The notes under the pieces were generated by a model, which made no database searches, was not told where the DNA came from, and saw only the letters and a program-made list of their open reading frames with translations. From assembly GCA_051362555.1 (NCBI GenBank), contig CM120641.1:41422401-41486400 (forward strand): 64,000 nt of DNA. Direction: 5' to 3'. Positions 57,137-64,000 of the stretch are shown here, one piece after another. Source of the stretch: Lingula anatina. Taxonomy: Eukaryota > Animalia > Brachiopoda. The position numbers and the translations under genes were made by a program. Each line of letters begins with the position of its first letter. Positions within the stretch are counted from its first letter, which is position 1.

Positions 57137-59082
57137 GGCGAACGGGGTCTGTAACGCGTCCCTTAATATCAATGAATATCATGACCTTGGACCCAAAAAG
57201 TCTGCTATTCACGACGATATTTACATTGTCACTGGCCTCATTCACAACAGCACAGGATTCAAACTACTGCGCATGCGTGAAAAGCGGGCTGTTTGAAATA
57301 AACACACATGAAATGTTGAAATTGACAAAGCCTGCCGGTGTTTACCCTCTGGTTGATTTTATATAATTTGCTTTCTAGTGTCGTTTTGAGAAATACGAGC
57401 ACATGTTGATGCTCATTGTGTGTAAATTTGGTGGTGTCTTTTTAATTTTATGGGCATTTCATTTTGCCTCTGTGGAAATCACTGACGAACATCAGCTTCC
57501 CGAGTTTGGTGGAGGGGGGGGGGGGGGGGGGGGGGGGCATGCTCTTAGTTTGAATTAATTGGATAATGAGGATATCTGCACCGATATTTTTTATTTTCTG
57601 TACCGTAAGTCTTGCAAGATATGATATTTGGAATAAAAACACTTCATAATGGTTTACAGATGGATGTGATCGTTTGTGAAAAAAAAAAATTGGATTTAGG
57701 GTGGGACAAATTTTTTCACCAAGTCTGTACACAAAAAGATAAATTCTACCTTGACTTTCGTAGGAGGAAAAGGGTAATACATAATTTTCCTTACACGCCT
57801 CGCATTTTGGCGAAAAAACATTTTCTCTGTTTAATATTTATTTGTTATATGGTGGTATAAACGGGAGTGACCCAACCCAAGTTTTAGGAATCATCTTGGA
57901 GGAAAGACTAACTTGCACCATAATTAGATGGTTGAGAAAAGGCTAAGATGAAAATACTGTAAAGTTGGGGAGCATTATTGTAAAATCAGACAGTTGGGAT
58001 TCGGTGTTCATTGCTGTGTATCCTTGATAGCAATATCCAAACTATTCAAGTGGTGACAACCGAACAAACTGTCCTTTTTTGGCCTTTTATAAAACACATG
58101 TTTCGAGTCGTCCGACAGATCAGAATTGTTTCTCCTTATTGGCATAAGCTATTTGATATTTGCGCATGTTGTTGTACTTCATAGTAATACGATATACATG
58201 TACAGAAGGGGATTTCAATAATACAAAAACAACAGTAAATAGATATATAGATAAAAATGATTTAAAAGAAAATTAACGAGAAATGTTTTACCAATCCATG
58301 TGGGACTCGATATTTTTGCGAGCAGTTTTCCCGGAACAGGCATATCATTGTCCATGACCATACGAAAAGTTCATGGTCTAAAATAATCTTATTTATTACT
58401 ATTTGGGCCAAATTGAATACGCTGGAAATTATGAAATACCAGTTTAATGTGCTAATCTGCTAAGGAAATGATGTTTTAATAGATGACTTGATATGATTTT
58501 GGAATAAGGACAGGATATGTTGTCAAATATCAGATAACCCAACCGTAGTTCACGCATAGCTTATCCTGGCGGTTGTTATAAGGGTTTCGCCCTATCTTTT
58601 TTCTCTTTACAAAATAAATGTTGTATGTTACAAATTAATATAAGAGGGGACTCATCATGATTTTTTAACTTTTAAAAATGTGCATAGATAAGTGTAAATG
58701 TGTAAAATGTTGCCTGATATTTGATTAGGCTATTAGATTTATACATTTGAGAGTAGATCAGGGCGTTTCTTTTCACTTCTGATCTTCCAAGCAGGCAATA
58801 AATTAACACAGCATGGCTCCCTTGTCGCTGCTTCAGTATATTACAGAGTGAAAAAAGTGGTATTTGAAACATGTGATCCCAACGTGTTGCGACTGAGTTC
58901 CGGGCTGCAAATTAACCTGATAAAATTCAAACACACACATAATGAGCAGGAAATTGGGTTCAATTCAAACCTGTCAATATTCAATAAAGGACGCGCTTGT
59001 AAACAATGGCACATAAATTGCTTGTGCACGGTGAATGCGATCGAAGAAATCTCTCGAAGAACAGGCACTAATAACGACAGCT

Positions 59083-61555
59083 ATGAATTGTATGTGCATA
59101 CTAGCCCTTATTCTGTGTTTGGTTATCACGTCGCAGGTGTATGGAGGGTCACTTGACAGGCGCGTGGCTTGCACCACGTGTCCACCTGTTTATTCTGTTC
59201 TTGGAGTCACATTGGGGAATACCGGTGAGTAGAAATTAAATATCAATTCAATTCAATTCAATTTATTTCTGTACTGGTACATAGATTGTCATGACCTTGT
59301 ACAATATGATATACTAATGACGATACAATACAGTTAGTGCATTACCATCTTTATATAATGGACATACGTATCAGTAAAATTACTCATAAAATATTCTATC
59401 TAAGCAATGCGATAAACCTTGGTGTGATTTTAAATTTACCATAAACATACTATAAACATGTTACACAAAAAGAATATGTTTAAACTTAAAACCAAGGTTA
59501 CATAGCTGTTTAAAGCCAGTTTGATGACATGGATAATTACGACTAATGACAATTACATAAGACAGATAGGTAAATAACTTACACAGATATAAATATTGTG
59601 CCATGTTCAGTCCCACTGCCGAGTCACTTCTCACAACAGTGGGACCATACACTGACATTTTAAGGGATATGCTAAGAGTTACCAAGCAGAGCAACTACTT
59701 CACTTCTTTTCTTGAATGATTTGATTATAAAGTTGGAGAGGGACACTAGAGTATCTTTTTTGGCACTGTTAAATACATGGCATAAATGACTGTCTGGTGA
59801 CCTGGGATCAGCTTTTAGGATTGAGGTTTTACTTAAAAAGGTGACTCGGTCTGTTTTGTACATTGGGCATTGGAATATAAAATGGTATTCATCTTCAATT
59901 ACCCCTTGGGTGCACAGGCGACAGATTCTGTCGCACCTTTCAGTTTTTGGCCTGGTGTGCCGCCCAGTTTCGATGTGGAGTTTATGGTCACTAAGACGTA
60001 GTTTAGCAAGGGTTGACAAGGTGTCATAATTTGTTATTTTATCAACATAAGTTGCCCTTCCACACTTTTGGTTAAGTATACGGAAGAGAGACAATTTACT
60101 GTTGGCTTGAAGTTTGCCATTGCACATTTGGGTAAAGTGGTCAGTTTGTCTTTGTTTGAAAATTGTGGTGAAGTTTTTTGGAGGTGACTGGCTAAGCCAC
60201 ACATCTCCAAGGCCAAATGTGAAAAGGATTTGTCGGATACCCTCAGACCATGACATACAAGCTGGCCTGAGTGTGTGGACTGCGGGTGGGACATAAGGTG
60301 TCAGCAACTTGTAACTATTTATCTCTTGTATGTATGCTTGTTTCATTAGTGTAGCATCAGACATTTGAATAATTTTACTCCATAGTTGGACAGATGCAAA
60401 CTGTATTTTGGTATAGAGGGGAAGGCGGCCAAGTTCAGTGTATACACCATAGTTTGATACGTTTTGATGGAGGCCAAGGATTTGTTTGCAAAATTTTAAG
60501 TGCAACTTTTCTGTAGGGCAGTTATCCGTTGACACAGAGTAGCCCCATATCTCTGAGCAATATGTAAGGATTGGGGAAATGAGGGTATCAAATAATTTCT
60601 CTTTTAAGGATATGTTAACATTACTCTGAAGTGGAAGAGACTTGGACAGACTGAAGAATGCCTTTGTAGCACGTTGTAGGAGATTACTTTGGGTTTCTGT
60701 AAAGCTTCCTGATCGATTTAGAAGGAGACCTAGATACATGTATTTGTTGACCTCTTGGATTGGTTTTCCATAAAGAAAAAATTTTTCACTGTGAGCTTTT
60801 GATTTTGAGTTGAAAATAACTATTTTAGTTTTGGTGACATTTACAGTCAGTCTCCACTTGTTACAGAAATTTTCTACAATTTCCAAACTTTGCCTTAGCC
60901 CTTTGGGGTCTTGGACATAAGGATGAGGTCATCAGCATAGAGAAAACCTTGTATTGGTATTCCATTTATATCTGGACTTGCAGCACTTTCGCCATCAATT
61001 GATCTAAGAAGGTCATCAATAAAAATATTAAAAAGAAATGGGCTCAATGTGTCACCTTGTTTTACGCCTAGTGTTGTATTAAAGGCCGGGGATATACCAC
61101 TACTTGTCTTAACACATGCTTGGGAGTTTTCATACATGCTTTTAATGTTTTTGTACATAAGTCCTCTTATTCCTAAAGTACTTAGCTTGAACAGTAGTCC
61201 ATTCCTCCAAACACTATCGAATGCTTTCGAAAAGTCGATGAAACATGTGTATAATTTTTTCTTTCCTTTCATAAATTTTGTAATAATGGACTTAAGTATA
61301 AAGATATTATCTGAAGTACCATGACCATGTTTAAACCCGGTTTGATGAGGTAGGGGTACCCCTTGTTGTGATGTGTGTGCTTGAATTCTGTTTAACAAGA
61401 CCGAGTTGTACAGCTTTCCGAGGCAGCTTGTAATAGATATTCCCCTGTAGTTGTTAATATCCAACGTCAAGTACCACATTATCTCTTTTAGGTCACGCAG
61501 TCGTAACAAAACAACCTTAAGGCATTTGTTTCACTTTGCAGCCCGACAGTATGCA

Positions 61556-61614
<59 letters not shown>

Positions 61615-63085
61615 ACAAAGAGAAAAATTTGCATTCAAAACCGTTATTTCTGTTCTACAGCGACCACAATGAGACCCCAGTGTTTCAACATTGCATCCCC
61701 ATGTACAGAAAGCCCTTGCCAGGCGGACAATGCCCAGTGCATGTAAGTAACAGCAAAGATCACACGACCTCAGATGTGCGTCCATCATACAAATGCATAA
61801 TTATATTTCTTATCTTTGCACGGATGATAATAATGAAAAAAGAAAAAAGATAATATAAGTAATGTTTAACTCCATAATCATGATCAGTCATTGATTATTA
61901 ACAATGGACGTGAAATCGTAATGAACACCGAATCCCTACTGTTAGTTTTACAATAATGCCACCAACTTTATTTTCAACTAGCATTTATGTATCTTGGTAG
62001 ATTTTAGTCAACTTGATTTTTTGGGTTAATAGTCGCACAATTTGACGGAAATTATCATTTTATTCATCACAGGAAGTATGTTAATTAAGGAAACGCTCAT
62101 TTTCAATTTATAGGTCTATTTAACATTTTAAAAGATATTAAAAGTAAGCTAGCAGAAGAATTGTTATTCCTGGTGGAACTTTACAAACATTAGGCTAGCA
62201 ACTTAAATTAAAAATAAAAATTACTAGATTTATCTGTTCTCACACAAAAAACGTAAACGGACTCAAGTTTAAACCTTCGTTACTGTTGCTCGCAGCGCCA
62301 TCTCACATTCTCCATCTTATCTAGTTTATATGTACCAAAGTAGAAAATCTGCAACTTTTCAGGAAGCGGGTATGATTTCTAACATCTCAGAAAATATCTA
62401 AAATATTTATTTTAGATAACTCAATAGATAGCTTGAGGCAACTTTCCCAGTGTCACAAGGATTTTAGATATTGAAAAATATTCGTTCCGTCTTTTTTCTG
62501 TAATATTTTAGCCATTAACAAATTCTTCAATTCAGTTACATCCATTACAATGTAAGCATGACGATATTATGACAGGGTACAGTCAAATGTTTTACACGAA
62601 ACACATCAAAACTGCTTTCTCATAGAAAGCAATTTGCAAAACCTTCGTTATTAGGCATTATGAAAAAATGTAATTGAGATTGAGGACAAAATGTGCAGTT
62701 TAAATAAACGTGCATCTGGAGCAGTCTTATTCTGTTAGTATTATTAATGTGCGAATATTATGCAAAAGGGTTGTTGTCATTAAAACTTTACTTACTAAAA
62801 TAGGCTAAAACATTCGTTCCTGAATTTGAAAATACCCCATACTAGCAAGGCATGAATAAAAAAAAATCCAATGATTTAAACAAACAGATTTATCACTTTC
62901 TGTCACCAGAGATTTAGAAAAAACGTAGAACTCGCGAATATATCTTTTACTTCATTTTCACTTATTATATCATCGCTTTATTTTCCAGCACCGGTTGTAT
63001 GTGTACAGCTATCTGTGTATATAGTACACAGCTTCTGCCCTGGAACTCTGCTCCAGATGGGCTTCTGTGTCGGTATCCATACTGA
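59083..63085 (+). CDS. Orphan small secreted cysteine-rich protein, 106 aa, three exons (59083-59224, 61661-61742, 62989-63085)
   Basis: MNCMCILALILCLVITSQVYG-GSLDRR-VACTTCPPVYSVLGVTLGNTATTMRPQCFNIASPCTESPCQADNAQCITGCMCTAICVYSTQLLPWNSAPDGLLCRYPY*. It has a hydrophobic signal-like N-terminus and strong donors (GTGAGT, GTAAGT) and acceptors (TTCTACAG, TTTTCCAG) with matching phases 1 and 2. AATAAA lies at 63329. Confidence 0.72.
59244..61463 (-). mobile_element. 5'-truncated non-LTR retrotransposon (RTEX-like LINE): RT plus C-terminal zinc-binding domain, one frameshift, AATAAA(TTGAA)n tail
   Basis: NYRGISITSCLGKLY, QTGF, FIDFSKAFDSV, GVKQGDTLSP, LYADDL, KYMYLG and HIETGRH...CRLC...EDEYHFIFQCPMY. 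The frameshift is near 60895-60900 and the pentanucleotide tail at 59244-59267. The clade assignment is tentative. Confidence 0.93.
61558..61611. repeat. (TA)n microsatellite
   Basis: Direct observation. Confidence 0.95.
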
Positions 63086-64000
63086 AAAGTTATGGAAGGA
63101 ACGAGTGTATGCCATTACCGCCAAGATACACCATGCACTGTATTAAGACATATCCGGTTTGATTCATTGGCTGTTTGCAAACTACTTCATGTATTTAAGC
63201 GCCTGCTGATGCCTTACGAAAATTCTTTCACATGAATAGTATTAGTTTGAATCAGATTAAACTTCCTCTGAGTTGACTAAGACCTTGTGGTATCTCTTGG
63301 TTTTAGAGGGGTTTTGGTGAGATATTTTAATAAACTTAATAACTTTGAAGTTCTCCACTGTGTAAAATTAACAGGCACTGAGCTATATAAAAGCACGGGA
63401 TTTTTTTCCTTGATAGCGTTATACGAGAAATACACTGAAGTTGCAAATCAACTTGACACTTAAATAATATACGTACATGTATAACATAAACGCGGGTAGA
63501 ATACCTAATGATTTACGTTGTTCCTTGCATTTAGTACATTTAGTAGTAACTTACGTTATGATCTGTATGAAGCCCTCAACGAAGTGATTAAAATTCCAGT
63601 CAAGTGTATGCGTGCCTTAACAGCGGGCTGTCACCGCGTACAGTCTCGTTATATATGTGTAGATGGTCACGCCAAGTGGGACTGTTTGAGATTATGTGGA
63701 ACATAATCTGTAGTGTGCCTATGCAGTGTGCATAAGAAAATAAAATGCGTGCCTGAGAAGCTGCTCATCTGAAGCATCGTCAAAGAGGCTTGCGTGTAAG
63801 TTTAATGATAAAAAATGCAAGAAAACTGCAATGCCAAAGAATATGAAAAATAGTTGTTTAATGCATTAATTTTTTCTCGCGTCTTTAATTTAGACTGCGC
63901 AAACATTTCAGTCTTACTAATGGGTCTGGGCATAAACAGCACTTTTAATGTCCTCATGAATGACGCGCTAGATGAAAATCTAAATTAGCAGTAGTGCTGT

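Overview
AT-rich, intron-rich animal genomic DNA, most consistent with a mollusc or other lophotrochozoan (inferred mainly from the 14-exon IDO-family gene). Left to right: the 5' part of TBP (-) lies head-to-head with a complete 14-exon indoleamine 2,3-dioxygenase gene (+). A ~14 kb nest of decayed mobile DNA follows (9-23 kb): DIRS RT, LINE fragments, MITEs, a TatD-nuclease pseudogene in an LTR-like context, two Gypsy gag fragments, tRNA-like mini-LTR/TRIM pieces and a Harbinger-type Myb/SANT pseudogene. Next come a complete TTC26/IFT56 gene (-) with a duplicated, diverged alternative last exon, head-to-head with a compact ELOVL elongase (+). Four tandem HSL-family (HGGG/GDSxGG) esterase genes (-) carry Harbinger and Kolobok-like insertions. 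The window ends with a three-exon orphan gene for a secreted 10-cysteine peptide (+) whose first intron holds an antisense 5'-truncated LINE. The most interesting signals are the tRNA-like LTR linked to both a gag ORF and a minimal TRIM, the TatD cargo, the alternative TTC26 terminal exon and the orphan cysteine-rich peptide. All calls come from manual reading; no database searches were run.
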